Shown: positions 50,005 to 63,106 of the stretch, piece after piece
How the letters are laid out: each line of letters begins with the position of its first letter
How positions within the stretch are numbered: position 1 is the stretch's first letter
From: Basidiobolus meristosporus CBS 931.73
Lineage: Eukaryota; Fungi; Basidiobolomycota
DNA: 64,000 nucleotides
NCBI GenBank assembly: GCA_002104905.1
Contig: MCFE01000226.1
Coordinates: 58,521 to 122,520, forward strand
Direction: 5' to 3'
The notes under the pieces: generated by a model
Told to the model about the DNA's origin: nothing
The model's input: only the letters and a program-made list of their open reading frames with translations
Databases searched by the model: none
Position numbers and translations under genes: made by a program

Positions 50005-53000
50005 ATACTTGTTCCATTTTACAATGCCAGGGTGCGTGGCGCAATCTGTGGTCTCTATGAACAATTGGGTGCAATATTTTAGCTACCAGTAGGCAGGATT
50101 GCTCTTGGACAATTTTGCACCATGTGGGACAATCTTGCATATTATGGCACAATCTGACACAATGAGGTTGGCACAAATGATTGTGCCCACTTGTAAAGCT
50201 TGCATCACGTGCGCAATTGGATACTGCTATTATGATAGGTAAAATCCGGTATTTGGATATGTTTCTTTAATGTAAGTGGAAAAAAATGCATATCACACTA
50301 TAAACTACATCAATACTTACCATTTTGGTTACCATCAATCCAATTGGATAGTATCTCAGCGGTTAATTTGTCCAAAAGTATACTGCAGCTGTCAGCCCCT
50401 AATTAGCTCTTTGGCCAGTAAACAAGCTACCTGATTTGCCATCAAATACCCCATTTTGCCCATTAACCAAGCAAGTTCCGAATCCTAGTGATTGGAAAAG
50501 GCATCATAGCTAGCATGCAACCAATTGTATAGGTGCAAATCAGATCACATGGCTGCACTGGTGCCACAGATGAAGTATAAATATGTAGGGTGTTTTTTTA
50601 TAGGGGTGCTGCCTCAAATGTGTGACAACCTTGATATTGCTTATATCAAAAATTTAGTGATCACTGATTTGCAATACTTGATGTGGATCACAAAAAAAAT
50701 GTGTTGTTTGGATCATTACAAATAATAGCAATTCAATGCAATTGCATCATCTTCTCCTAGGATTTTTTCTCACAGGGATTACTACTGAAGCATTTGGTAG
50801 TGATTCACTTTGCACACCTAAACTGCTTTCTTGTTGACTATCATCTTGGCTAGTTATGTATTTGTAGTCAGTATTTTGCCTTCTAGTTGATGAATGCAAT
50901 GCTGCAGCTTGGCTGTGCTGAATAGCTCCGGATGATGCAACTCATCTGGCCTGCAGTGCTACATGCTGACATGTTCTTTTACCTGCCAAAGGCTCTAGTG
51001 GTGGAGGCACTTCATGTGCTTCATTATCAGTCAGCTCACTAGAAGAAACTTGCTGATGGTAAGGTGTAATGGCATCTGCAGACACAACTTGATGCACTGG
51101 CATGGCCCTTAGCTGAGTTTGATGTGATACAGCTTGTTGACACAACTTGGCCTGCTCCAATGGACTTATGTCTTTTTGAGCAGTTTGGTGAGTTCTGGTG
51201 GTTTTGCTCTGAAGCGCGCATGTTGACCCAATACACATTGACTCAATGTGGGGTGCTCTTGTGAAGGGTGTTAACGTAGTTTGGACTGTTGTGCGCCAGC
51301 ATGCTGAAGTTGCAAGGGATGGTAAGGAATCCAGCAAGGTGTGCTGGCGTAATCTAGACAATCTAACTTGTGGTCTGTATTTTCCTTTTGAAGCTCACCT
51401 TCTGATTCCTCAAGGTATTCACTTACCCTCTGTCTGATACTTTGGAGCTGTTGCCTGGATGAGCCTAATATCTGTATGAAGGCTCATCATAGACACTTGG
51501 GCCATACTGAAATCACTTGGCAAGAACTCTGACGGATTCAACATTGACTTTTGCAGTCCAGACCGCACTTGTATGCTGGGGGATGGGTTTTATTTAGGTT
51601 GTACTAAAGATGAGCTGAGACTTGGTATAGGGACCATAGTGACAGATTTGGATACTTATGCAGTAGTGTATCAGTATCAACCTGGTCTAATATGAAATAT
51701 TTATGAAAACCAACTTGATTGTTGAATTTTCCATATACTATGCATGATGCATCTTGGATTGCATTGACATGAATTGGATCACATCAATTGCAGATTTCCT
51801 CTTTGGTTATAGACTTGTGAGTAAAACATCAATAAAAGTACCCAGTTATTGTTTGAGGATGATTTTTGCAACATAATGATGGGATACATGGCAATTGATG
51901 GAGATTTAATCACAATGCATGGAAAATCAGATAAATAAAGTTGATTGCTCCAAATCAATTCAAAACACCTCAGCCTGATCTTTGACCAATTTTAATATGA
52001 CCTTCTCATTGGAATGGACTTTTCTCATCAATCCCATCACTACCACTGGATTTCCTTTTGACACACTAGAGGCAGTCTTTACCAAGTACTGTGGTCCATC
52101 TACCCCAATCTGCTCAAGGAGGTCCCTTGTCAAACTTCTCTGCTATTGTAAGAGCTATTGCTGCACAAGGTTTCATCCCACCATTCATGGCAACAAAAGC
52201 CTAAGAAGCCTTCATTCCCAGCTGACAACATTGGAGTACCACCTTGCAGAGGGAATGAATGACTTAGAGCATACTTGGAGTACTAGGTTCAGAAGCTTCA
52301 ATAGACTTCCATATCCCAGATTGCTCAGTAACAGGTTCCATATAAGGAGTATTTTGGATACCTTCTCAGTCAGGATTAACATACCTTCTAGAGGGCAGAA
52401 GCACTTTTATTCTGGCAAGTACAAGGCACACTGTGTGAAGTTTCAAGCACTGTCTGACATTGAAGGTAACATCATCTGGTTTAGTGGGCCATTGCTGGAT
52501 GTAGGCATGACAAAGCACTCTGGGTAGAGAATCATCCAGAATTCAGTAGATGGAAGAAATGTATGGCAGACTTAGCTTATGTAGGAGTGGATTGTCAGAG
52601 ATTAGGATGTATTACAGCTTATAGGAAACCAAGTAATGGTGTGTTTAGCAGGAAGCAGAAGCTCTAAAATGAGATATTTAATCACTTCAGAGAGAGGGCG
52701 GAGCATACACTTGAATATCTGAAGAGATTTGGCATATTGGCAGGTAAATATGGAGCAAAGGCATATATAGGAGGAAACAGCAGAATAGGCAAAATAGTAA
52801 AGATACTTATCAATGCACAGTATATTCATACAAAAAGTCATCCACTGAGAGAAATGTGTCTGGAGCATTATGAGGAGTAAATAAAGCAAGGAAAGCACTA
52901 CTCTGAGCAACATAAGTAAGATTGTGTAAAATTACCAGTAACTATATCCTACCACTGGCATTATGATAGAAATTCTAGTGCCAGATAGTGCCAGATTGAT

Positions 53001-53053
53001 CCAGCACTATAAACAGGCTAGCACTATGTGGCACTATCCAACAGAACAAGTCT
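50005..53053. mobile_element. Two-gene PIF/Harbinger-group element (Pangu-like by TSD), ~3.05 kb, degenerate
   Basis: The right TIR matches the MITE ends over ~27 bp. Candidate left TIR ATACTTGTTCCATT..A.A.TGCCA at 50005 matches 20/26. Flanks ATT/GTT. Repeated GGCACAAT-like motifs at 50038-50220. Divergent ORFs start at 51637 (minus) and 51919 (plus). Confidence 0.65.
51919..52880 (+). pseudogene. Harbinger/DDE_Tnp_4-type transposase with stops and a frameshift
   Basis: ILDTF...FYSGKYKAHCVKFQAL..I.G.IIW.SGP; ADLAYVG; R.RAEH.....KRFGIL. In-frame TGA at 51976. Confidence 0.85.
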
Positions 53054-54128
53054 GTTTTCTCAGAAAGGAAAGTGACTCCCAAATAAGGAAAATTTCCAAT
53101 AAAAGTAAATAAGCCCATAGTTGACAGAAGGTCACAACATTGCTGTTGAAGTGAGAATCACTGCCTTTAGTATATTTTGAGCCTAAGAATGAGGATATTA
53201 GTGAAAGTTATATCTTCTATTGGTATATCAAAGTCCCAATAAACTATTTCAGTATTAGCATACTGGAAGTTGTTGTATATTGTTCATTAGCTTCTGCATT
53301 GTAGAACAAGCCCCCAAACTAATCATAATACTACACAACACATCCAATGCCTAAAGTATTACTCACAGGCTCCAAGTAATATTCATACTCATATGCAATA
53401 ATACAAATGCACAGACTAGATTAACTGGGTTTGTTTTGATTCAAGTGGTCTTATGAAGCCAATTTTATTCAGGGTACTTTGCAAGTACTGGAGTTTGTAT
53501 GCTGAGATTGTAGAAATATCCATCCAGAAGCAGATCACCAACACCAACTTGATGCATCTACAACTTTTATGCAAGGAGTGTGCTTCAGGATTTGAGCAAC
53601 TGCACCATTAGTATAAAGCTGCACTTGTAGATTGCTGCCACTACTGCATCCATTCTCTACACCATCTTGCTTGGCGTGTAGAGAATATTGAAACTTGCTT
53701 CACCTTTTGAGAGTCTCCTATGGGGTGGATGTCTGGGGAGATAGGAAGACAAGTCAAGTTGCAAGAACTACCATATCCCAATCTCATCAAGAATATGACC
53801 TTCAAGTCCATCATGGATGTGATGAGTTGGCACATGGAGGTCAGCCAGGAAGAGTTGGAAAACACTGGACACATATGTACACATAGAGACACCTATGTCC
53901 TTAGCATTAAGAGGCCTAGCAGCCCCAACATGTGGGTATAGTCAAGTAATCCAAAGTTGAATTATATGCTATAAGTAAATAACTCTAATCAGGACAGCTT
54001 TACCAAAGTATACCAAGTTTCTGTTGGGTACAAGCTAATTTCTACACCATTCAATACAGAATTCATACTAACAAGAACCAGAGTGTACCTATAAGGGGGA
54101 CCAGAGTCCAGCAGGCATAAGGTATATG

Positions 54129-57100
54129 CCCTATGAAAAATAATTTAGTCCCATGGGTGATTCTGATCCAGATTGTCTGTGAGGACTCTGTTATGAGATC
54201 ATTATAATATCAGCAGCTTGGAATTAATGACCCTGTAAACAATCTTGTGGTAGGATCACAGCAGTGTTTAACTAATTTTACTGCCAAATAAAGTTAAAGA
54301 CTTGACGGTTTTGATTGGTGTTTGAACAAGAGTTGCATGGCATTGTTGCAGTCTTTATACACTCTACAAGTATCTTGAGTGTATCTCACAAGCCAGTAGA
54401 TTCAATTGTCCTAAGTGGTAAGAAACTAAATAGAATTCTGATGGCCTCATTGCAAGCCTCTGAAGGCATTATACCAGTAGTATGGTGGCCTACAGCAAGT
54501 TCTGTATAATGCACCTGTACTAATTTACCAAATGGTATTTCCTTTTGTACCTCTCCTTGCGCAATCTATATATTCCACTGTAGAATCACCCCTCTTTATT
54601 GACTTACCCACCACTACCTTTGGTATTCCACATATACTTCAAATCAAATGTAACTATGGCCTCCTGATTACTAACCTCTGCAAACACACACATCTGCCAC
54701 AATTGATATACTTCTGTCACCTTAACCTTATAGCTTTTTAGTGTGATACTTGCAAAGCTGCCATATACCTTGTACTGCTGGTAACAAATACATCTTGCAA
54801 ACATATGCTTGATTGCCATCACTTCTGCCAGGAATACTTCCTTAATATCTGCAAAGAGCTTTTTGGTGTTAATCCATTATACTCCTTCTCCCTGCTGGAT
54901 TTTAGTTCCCCTTATAGGTGTGCTCTGGCTCTGTCTGTGTGATTTTTGCATTAAGTAGTGTAGAAACTGGCATTTTACCAAGAGAAACCTGTCATACTTT
55001 GATAGTGTTTTCCTAACAAAAATTAGTTGCTTGTTGCACCCAACCCAACTTGGCATTACTTAACTGATTACCCACATATTGGGGCTGCTGGGCCTCTTAA
55101 TGCCATCAATATAGGTGTCTCCATGCGCACATCTGTCTTCAGTACTTTCCAACTCTTCCTGCCTGTCCTCAATGTGCCAATTCACCACATCCATATTGGA
55201 CTTGAAGCTAATATTCTTGATGAGATTGGGGCATGGTGGTACAGGCAACTTGACTTGGCTTCCTATCTCCCCATACATCTGCTCTATAGGAAACTCCCAA
55301 AGGTGAAGCAAGGTCTAATATTCTTTACACACCAAGCAAGATGGAGCAGAGAATGGGTACAGTAATGGCAGAGAGCCAAGCATTCAGCTTTATGCTTGTA
55401 GTGTAGCTGCTCAAATCCTGTCACAAACTCCTTGCACAACAGCTGTGGATGTATCAAGTTGGCATTTGTGATACACTTCTGGATACATATTCCTACAATG
55501 CCCACATATGACACCCAATACCTCCAATGTACACTTGGTAGAAATGGCTTCTTAATGCCACTTAAATAAATACATATCCAGTTCATCCAGTCTGTTCATT
55601 TGTATTGTTGCATATACATATGAGTAATGATTGAAACCTATGAGAAGTGCTTAGGATAGTGGATACCCTGTAATATCTTGCCAATTCTCTCAAATTTCTC
55701 TGGTACCTTGAAGGACTGATTTAGCTTCAAATGCCCCATGTACAACTTTGCCATCAGTATAGGGATAATTTTGAAAAGCAAATGTATTGCTCCCAGTGTA
55801 AAGCTTTTGCTCCAACAGGTACTCTCTCTCTTAAGTATCACCAGTTTCCAATTAATTCCATACTCTGACCAATGACTTATAGCTTGCCAAGTTTACAGCA
55901 ATTGCATGCTGACTTCTGTATGTTCTCTCTTTTGGAAGATGGTGTTCTTAGTGTTGGTGTTTGAGAAATAATTATAGACTTGTTCTGTTGGATAGTGCCA
56001 AATGATGCCAAGTGTGCCAGAGAGGTCAAGTGAACCTATACCTGGCCACAGAGTGTGAAACATAGCTCTACATTTTTATGCAAAGCAGCCCCTGTGTTTC
56101 ACCTATGATGCAGCAGAAAATCCATTTTTTGACATTTTTTTGTGGATCATTGTTGTGCACAATGTGTAAGAGCACAGAAGAACTAAAGACATGCAACTGG
56201 TACTCAATATCCATGGCACTCTGAATCTAACTCCTGTGGCTTGTAACATGTCACAAAAATGCATGGCACTATCTTGGTCCACTGGTACTATCTGGCACTA
56301 TATTTAATCATTAGCCCTAAAGTAAGATCTATTCAAAGCACTTATAGTGCCAGATAGTACCAGTGGATCAAAATAGTGCCATGCATTTTTGTGACATGCT
56401 ACTAGCCACAGGAGCTAGATTCAGAGCGTCATGGGAATGGAGTACCTGATGCATGTCTTCAATCCTTTTGTGTTCTTACACATCTTGCACTACATTGACC
56501 TAAAAAAAAGGTCAAAAAATGGATTTTCTCCAACACAATGGGTGAAACACAGGGGCTGATTTGCACAAAGATGCAGAACTATGTTTCACACTCTGTGGGC
56601 AAGTATAGGTTCACCTGTCCTCTCTGGCACACTATGGCATCATTTGGCACTCATGCCTCAATGTGGCACTATCCAACAGAACAAGTCTAATGGGTGTGAG
56701 CTATGGAGTAAGTCCCCTGGATATCACACATTTGACAGCAAAATGTTCATTGTGCCCAGAAAAGCCAGCTATCTGCAGATGGCTAAGGTTTCTCTGGAGC
56801 AGTTAATAATATGAGCTTTGATATGATGGCCATTTACTGTTATCCTGCTGGAAAGCAGACAAAATTCATGCAGCAATGGGTGCAGGTAGCTATCCAGGTT
56901 GGATGGTGATTTAAGCCCAGACACCAGTGAGACTACCATCAGATTTATGCTATGATACCATAAGATAGGTGGCAGATTCAGGTTTATGAGAATCAGTGGC
57001 CAGCAGGATTTGCTTGTAGAGTACTTGTTTAATAAGAATCCATCAAGGGCCAAGGCAAAGGCATGGTCACACGTAGCCTCAAAGTAGCTCTCACTTCTTT

Positions 57101-57567
57101 GCTGTTTATAATTTTTGCCATCAAAATATTAGATATGGTTGTGCTTGATTGATATTGAATGCAGTACTTTATAGCTTAACAATATTTGTCTGATTGCAAA
57201 GGCTTCTTTAGCTGGGGTATTGCTGGATATATCTAGAGTGTGAATGATGTTTTCCCCCAATGGTGGTGTATTCTCAACAAGTTGGATACCTTTTGATAGT
57301 GACATTTTCTGATGTGAATACCATGTAACTGTTAACACATGCTGGTATCAGGACAGTCTCTGGGTCATAGGTTGTCAGCCACATGACAGTTATCTATTTG
57401 CACCATGTACATGGTAAATTACATCCTGGATTGATTTTGGTAAGAAGTAGTAGTGAATCCTCAAAGCCTCCACTACAGGTATTACTGGAAACATGCCACT
57501 TCTCTAGGTATAACATCATATCATCCATAAGCAGGTGGATTACAGGGCTCACTTAACCCCATAGAGT
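54129..57567 (-). mobile_element. CACTA-like copy with terminus CCCTATGAAAAATAATT and long transposase pseudogene
   Basis: 56769-57053 encodes DGF..YS..KSCWPLILINLNLPP..Y...NLMVVSLVSG..SPSNLDSYLHPLLHE, a clear Transposase_21 domain. Further fragments lie at 53340-54128. Confidence 0.85.
55976..56688. mobile_element. Complete fold-back MITE (713 bp)
   Basis: Same termini. Removal with a 3-bp duplication (TAT/AAT) restores the host (versus 60585 GGTAATAATAATGTG). Confidence 0.9.
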
Positions 57568-57647
57568 AGACTTGATCCATTGGATAGTGCCACATTGAGC
57601 CATGAGTGCCAAATGATGCATCAGTGTGCCAGGGAGGCCAACTGGAT

Positions 57648-60600
57648 CTCTATGAAAGATAATTTGGTCCCACAGGTAGATCCAATCCAGATCAGCTATC
57701 AGGATCCTGCTTAGAGATTGTCATAATACCAGCAGCTTGGAATTAGTGACCCTGCTTACAATCTTATGATGGGATCATGACAATATTTTGCAAATTTTAC
57801 CACCAAATAAAGGGATCAAACTTGACAAGACTTAATTAGTGCTGTGATTATAATTGCATGGTATTGTTGCGGTCTTTTAGCGCTCTACAACTATTTTAAG
57901 TGGATCCAACCTGCCAGGACATTCAATTGCCTTATATGGCAAGATATTTGACGGTATTTTGAAAGTGTCACAGCAAGACTCTGATGGCATTATGTTGGCA
58001 GTATGATGGCCTACAGCAGGTTCTGTATAATGCTACTGTACCAATGTATAATGCTACCGTACCAATTTACCAAATGGTATTTCCTTTTTCTACCTCCCCT
58101 TGTGCAATTCATATATTCCGCTGTAGAATCACCCCTCTTTGTTTGCTTACCTACCACTACCTTGGGTATTCCACATATACTTCAAATCAAAATAAACTAT
58201 GGCCTCCTGCTTACTAACCTCTACAAATGTGCACACCTGCTGCAATTGACCTACTACTATCACCTCAACTTTACGGCTTTTTTGTGTGATACCTGCAGAG
58301 TTGCAATATACCTTATACTGCTGGTAATATATACATCTTGCAAGCATATACTTGGTTGTCACCACTTCTGCCATTAATACCTCCTGAATATCTGCAAAGA
58401 ACTATTTGGTATTTAACCAATGTATTCCTTCTCCCTGCCAGACTCTGGTCCCCCTGATAGGTGTGCGCTGGCTTTTGTTTGTGTGAATTCTGTATTGAGT
58501 GGTGTAGAGGTTGGCTTGTGACCATGAGAAATCTGGCATATCCTGGTAGAGTTTTCCTAATAAAAATTAGTTGCTTGTTCCACCCAACGCAACTTGGCAT
58601 TACTTAACTGATTACCCACACATTGGGGCGGTGTAGTGGGGTGACAGTGATACCCACCAACAGATGTGCTCATTCCCCTATTTTCTTCTTCCCTATATCT
58701 CTACTACACTTATTTCAGTTTTATCCCATTTGTCTCACCCAATCAGTACTATCCCATAAGCTGGTTGACTTTCACACCTGCTTACCTTATTGCATAAGTT
58801 ACCTCTCACTTTATGTAAGATTACTAGCTATAAATACTTCTATATTAGGCAAGTACCCGCGCCAGTACCTGTAACACATGATCAACCTGTGTCACCATCC
58901 CTTACATTTCCATACCATATATGGTATCCCTATGTTACACAGGTTTCAGAATACTGATTCCTGATTGGTTGGATGTGCTGTGCCTCTTAGAACCTTCTGG
59001 CACCTCCTTGGAACATTCTTGGGTCATTCTGATGTCATTAAGATTTCTTTAGATATCCAGAACCTTCTGGAACACCATGATTAGTAATCACTTAGCCAGT
59101 GAGAAAAGTATATAAGGGAGGCTATCCCTCAACAATAAATCATCATCCCTTTTATCAATATACCAACTTGTTGATTAGTGTGATCACTGCTACCTGCTGC
59201 TACCTGAACTTCCAACCCCAGACCACAGGACACTCCCAGGAAACTGTGCTGACAGCCAACTGACCTTGGAGGCACTACTTGTGAGGAATACTCAGAGTAG
59301 GTATCTTTTATTATATTTGATTCTTTCCCAAGTTTGTTCTTGTACAGGCAAAGATACTTTTCTGTCTTTGTAATTATTGACCACAGCTGCATTCTTATCA
59401 AGTCCCTGCTGGTGGAGTTTACAGTTGTTTTGACTTTGGAAGCTTTAGTACATTGTCATCTCAAAGGACACTGAGCCCAGCACATACTTTTGTTAAGATG
59501 CCAACTAAGTTGGGGATTGTAGCTCAATAGTTTTCCCTTGAAAAGCTTGTGGCTTTATTCCCCTTCACATTAGATTAGAGACAGAACCCAAGTATTCCTA
59601 GCAAGCTTTTGCCAGAGGTTATTGCACCCAGTGAACACCCCACACACAAAACACTTGAGAAGTGTTGGACATATCTGTCCCTTGGACCAATACACCACCG
59701 CAGTGGCTTAGCTTCTGAAAGCCATAGGCATAGGTGTCTCCATGTGCACATCTGTCCTCATTACTTTCCCACTCTTCTGGGCTGTTCTCCATGTGCCAAC
59801 TCATCACATCCATGACAGACTTAAAGGTCATATTCTTGATGAGATTGGGATATGGTAGTATCTGCAACTTGACTTGTCTTCCTATCTCCCTACACATCCG
59901 CTCCATAGGAAGCCCCCAAAAGGTGAAGTAAGGTCCAATATTCTCCACACACTGTGCAAGATGGAGTAGAGAATGGATACAGCAGTGGCAGAGATCTACA
60001 CATTCAGCTTTATGTTTGTAGTATAGCTGCTCAAATCCTGTCACAAACTCCTTGTACAACAGCTGTAGATGTGTCAAGTTTGCATTGGTGATCCGCTTCT
60101 GGAGGAATATTCCTACAATGTCCACATATGACTCCCAACACTTCCAATGTACTCTTGGTAGGAATGACTTAAGAACACCAGCTGAATAAATACATATCCA
60201 GTTCATCCAGTCTTTGCATATGTATTGTTGCATATGTGTATGAATATTAATTGGAGCCCAGGAGAGATACTTAGGGTAACAGATACTCTGTAATATCTTG
60301 CCAATTCTTTCAAATTTCTCTAGTATTTCATAGGGCTCATTTAGTTTGGAATGCCCAGTGTACAACTTGGTCATCAGTATAGGGATATTGTTGAAAAGCA
60401 AATGCATTGCTCCCAGTGGAAAGCTTTTGCTTCAACAGATACCCTCTATCTTAAATATCACCAGTTTCCAATTGATTCCATAGTCCAACCAATGGCTTAT
60501 AGCTTGCCAACCTTGCTGCAATTGCATGCTAACTTCTGTACATTTTCTCTTTGGAAAGATGATGTTCTTAGTGCTGGTATTTTGGGTAATAATAATGTGT

Positions 60601-60863
60601 GTGAGTTATGGAGTAAATCCCCTGGATCTCACACATTTGACAGCAAAACCTTCCATTGTGCCCAGAAAAGCCTGCTATCTTGCTGATGGCTGGGGTATTT
60701 CCAATGCATATAATAATATGCAAGTTTTTTGTGAAATCTGGGGTGCAATTATTTTTCAATAGTCACTGGACAGTTTCCTGACAAGATCAGTACCTCTTAG
60801 TTATGGGACTTTAACTTTATGACATCCTTTTGATGGGATCATCTCAATAATATTTCATAGGAG
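57648..60863 (-). mobile_element. Internally deleted CACTA-like element with both termini and a 2-bp TSD (AT)
   Basis: CTCTATGAAA...TTTCATAG(G)AG. AT on both flanks, and the host MITE length is restored. The 262-aa ORF 59619-60407 carries MHLL, W.NW, IHSLLHL, GP..FWGLPMER. Confidence 0.8.
58632..58906. mobile_element. Possible LTR of an unrelated (gypsy-like) family
   Basis: TGTAGTGGGGTGACA...TGTCACCATCCCTTACA inverted ends, internal TATAAATA. No TSD. A second LTR-like stretch starts at ~58933. Confidence 0.4.
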
Positions 60864-61425
60864 ATCTACACTTGGCCACAGAGTGTGGAATATAGATCTT
60901 CATGCAAAGCAGCACCTGTGTTTCACCCATTGTGCAGCAGAAAATCTAATTTTTGACCTTTTTTTTGGGATGAATATTGTGTATGACCTGTATGAGGACA
61001 AAAGGACTGAAGACATGCATATGGTACTCAATACCCATGGTACTCTGAATCTAGCTCCTGTGGCATGTAACATGTCTCAAAAATGCATGGCACTATCTTG
61101 GTCTACTGGAACTATCTGGCACTATAAGTACATTGTACAGGTTTTACTTTAGGGATAATATTTAAATACAGTGCCTGAGAGTGCCTGTGGACTAAGATAG
61201 TGCCATGCATATTTGTTACATGTTACAAGCCATGGGAGCTAGATTCAGAGGGCCATGGGTATTCAGTACTAGATACATGTCTTCAGTCCTTCTATGCTCT
61301 TACACATCATGCACTACATTGATTGCAAAAATAGGGAAAAAATGGATTTTCTCCAGCACAATGGGTGAAACACAGGGGCTGCTTTGCATGAAGATCTATA
61401 TTCCACACTCTATGGCCAAGTGTAG

Positions 61426-63106
61426 AAATTAGCTGATCTTTCATCATCTTGTGCAAATGATCAAAATTGATGTGCCCAAATCTACTGTGCCAAAGAATTG
61501 GTGTTTCTTCATTTAAGTTACTTATAGTGGCCTCCAGATATGATGGAATAAAAGTCAACTTGTATAGACTCTGATCTCTGATACCCAAAGCAATATGGGC
61601 ACCATTTTGATCAGTGATCTTGCATCCAGAATTGTCAAAGCTGAAACTGAGTCCTTTGGCTGTGACCTTGCTTACAGATAGTAGGTTCTTGGCTATTTCT
61701 GGTACATAAAGTACTTCTTCAAAGGTCAGTGTATGGCTTCCTTCACTGCTTCAAAGGCTTACTTGGATAGCTCCTTCTCCCACTGCATCAAGTGTTCTAT
61801 TGTCACCTATGAAAACCTTCTTAAATGGAATTTCTTGATATTAGGAAAAAAGTTCTTTTTGGTGTGTAAAGTGTTGAGATGCTCCAGAGTCAATATACCA
61901 TGTATGAGAGCTCTTGTTTGTGCTCATATTTAGTGCCAATATGAATAGTGTATCTTCAGTTGTTGCAGCATTTCTATATTCAGGCATTTTCTGCTGACTA
62001 TCTGTCTTTTTAAAGCACCAGTCTGAAGTGTATCCTTTCCTTTTGCAGTAGTTGCAAAACAGGTTGCTATTGCCTTTGTAAGGTCTTGGGTACCTCCTTT
62101 GTTGGTTATCATTGCTTATTCAAGCATTTTCTTCTTCCTTCTTATTGGCACTTGATTTTCTTAATTCTTCATTCAGGAGCCTTCCATATATGTAATTTAA
62201 GGTCAAGTCTTCAGTTCTGGACTCTAGGGCTGATACAAGGCCCTGAAACCTGTCTGTCAGGCTATTCAGAATGGTAACTATTACATCCTCATCAGTTGTT
62301 GGTACACCCACAGATTCCATCTCATCTACAAGCAGGGTAATTCTGTTAATTAGATTTTTCATTTCTTCACCTGGCAGCATCTTTGTAGTAAAGAGTTTTT
62401 GTCTCAGATATTTTTTCTTAGCAGCTGAACATGACTGGTAGGTGTCTTCTAATGCCTTCCAGGCATTCTTTGCTGTTTTTGCTCTTGATCATTGAATTAG
62501 CAATTTGTCCTTAATATTAAGGCAAATGCAGTTGAAGGCACTTCGTTCTTTCTTCTGGTACTTTAAGGCTTCCTCTCCCACATTTTTAGGAGGGCATTTT
62601 TCTCCCATGACAATATCCCAAAGGTCCCTCTCTTGTAGCAGCATCTTTAACTTCACGTTCCACACTTGGCAGCTAGATCCATCCAACTTTTCAGCAGAGG
62701 GGAAAATCCCAGTAATAACAGTAGTAGATGTTGCAGAGAGTGACAGCTTGGGGCTCATAGCCTGTTATAAGAGTCTTGGAGATATTGGAAGTGATTGGGA
62801 TGACAAGTAGATTATGTGGTTTTGACTTAATGATCTATTGAATGTAAAGTAGTACTTATACTTTTACATGGTCTTGGCATAGGAAACACATAGAATAGGT
62901 TGCGGATGATCCCAAGAACATGTGTGCAAAGTTTGGGGCTGCTTGGACAACTTTGAGAATTTCATGTTCTGGGTATCTGGTATTCTGTGAAAATATTCTA
63001 AGTAAATCCCAACAAGGAATTTGGTCAGTATTCTCTAGGATATGAAGGTAATGATTTAAATGACTAGGCTAGGTAATACTTAGGTGGAATTACAGATTTT
63101 ACCACG
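61426..63106 (-). mobile_element. Copia copy E (LTR family 3): 5' LTR 62763-63106 plus gag/PR/start of IN, truncated
   Basis: PBS GGCTATGAGCCC whose ATG opens gag (MSPKLSLS...). Downstream WYIDSGASQH-like and LWHSRFGH motifs. Confidence 0.85.

Larger units (their letters stand above)
57568..61425. mobile_element. Fold-back MITE interrupted by a CACTA-like element and truncated on the right by copia E
   Basis: Left TIR at 57568 (flank AGT). MITE resumes at 60864 (ATCTACACTTGGCC...). Confidence 0.85.

Noticed and set aside
51811-51818. AGACTTGT as the left TIR of a 1.24-kb transposase-only element
   Set aside because: Only an 8-bp match with no TSD. The upstream 1.3 kb is shared by two independent insertions ending at the same right TIR, so it belongs to the element.
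53144-53340. TG..CA-bounded stretch as a solo LTR
   Set aside because: No TSD and no second copy in the window.
10929-56688. CRISPR-like or satellite array from the recurring GGCACTAT/ATAGTGCC motifs
   Set aside because: No regular repeat-spacer period. The motifs are subterminal boxes within MITE arms.
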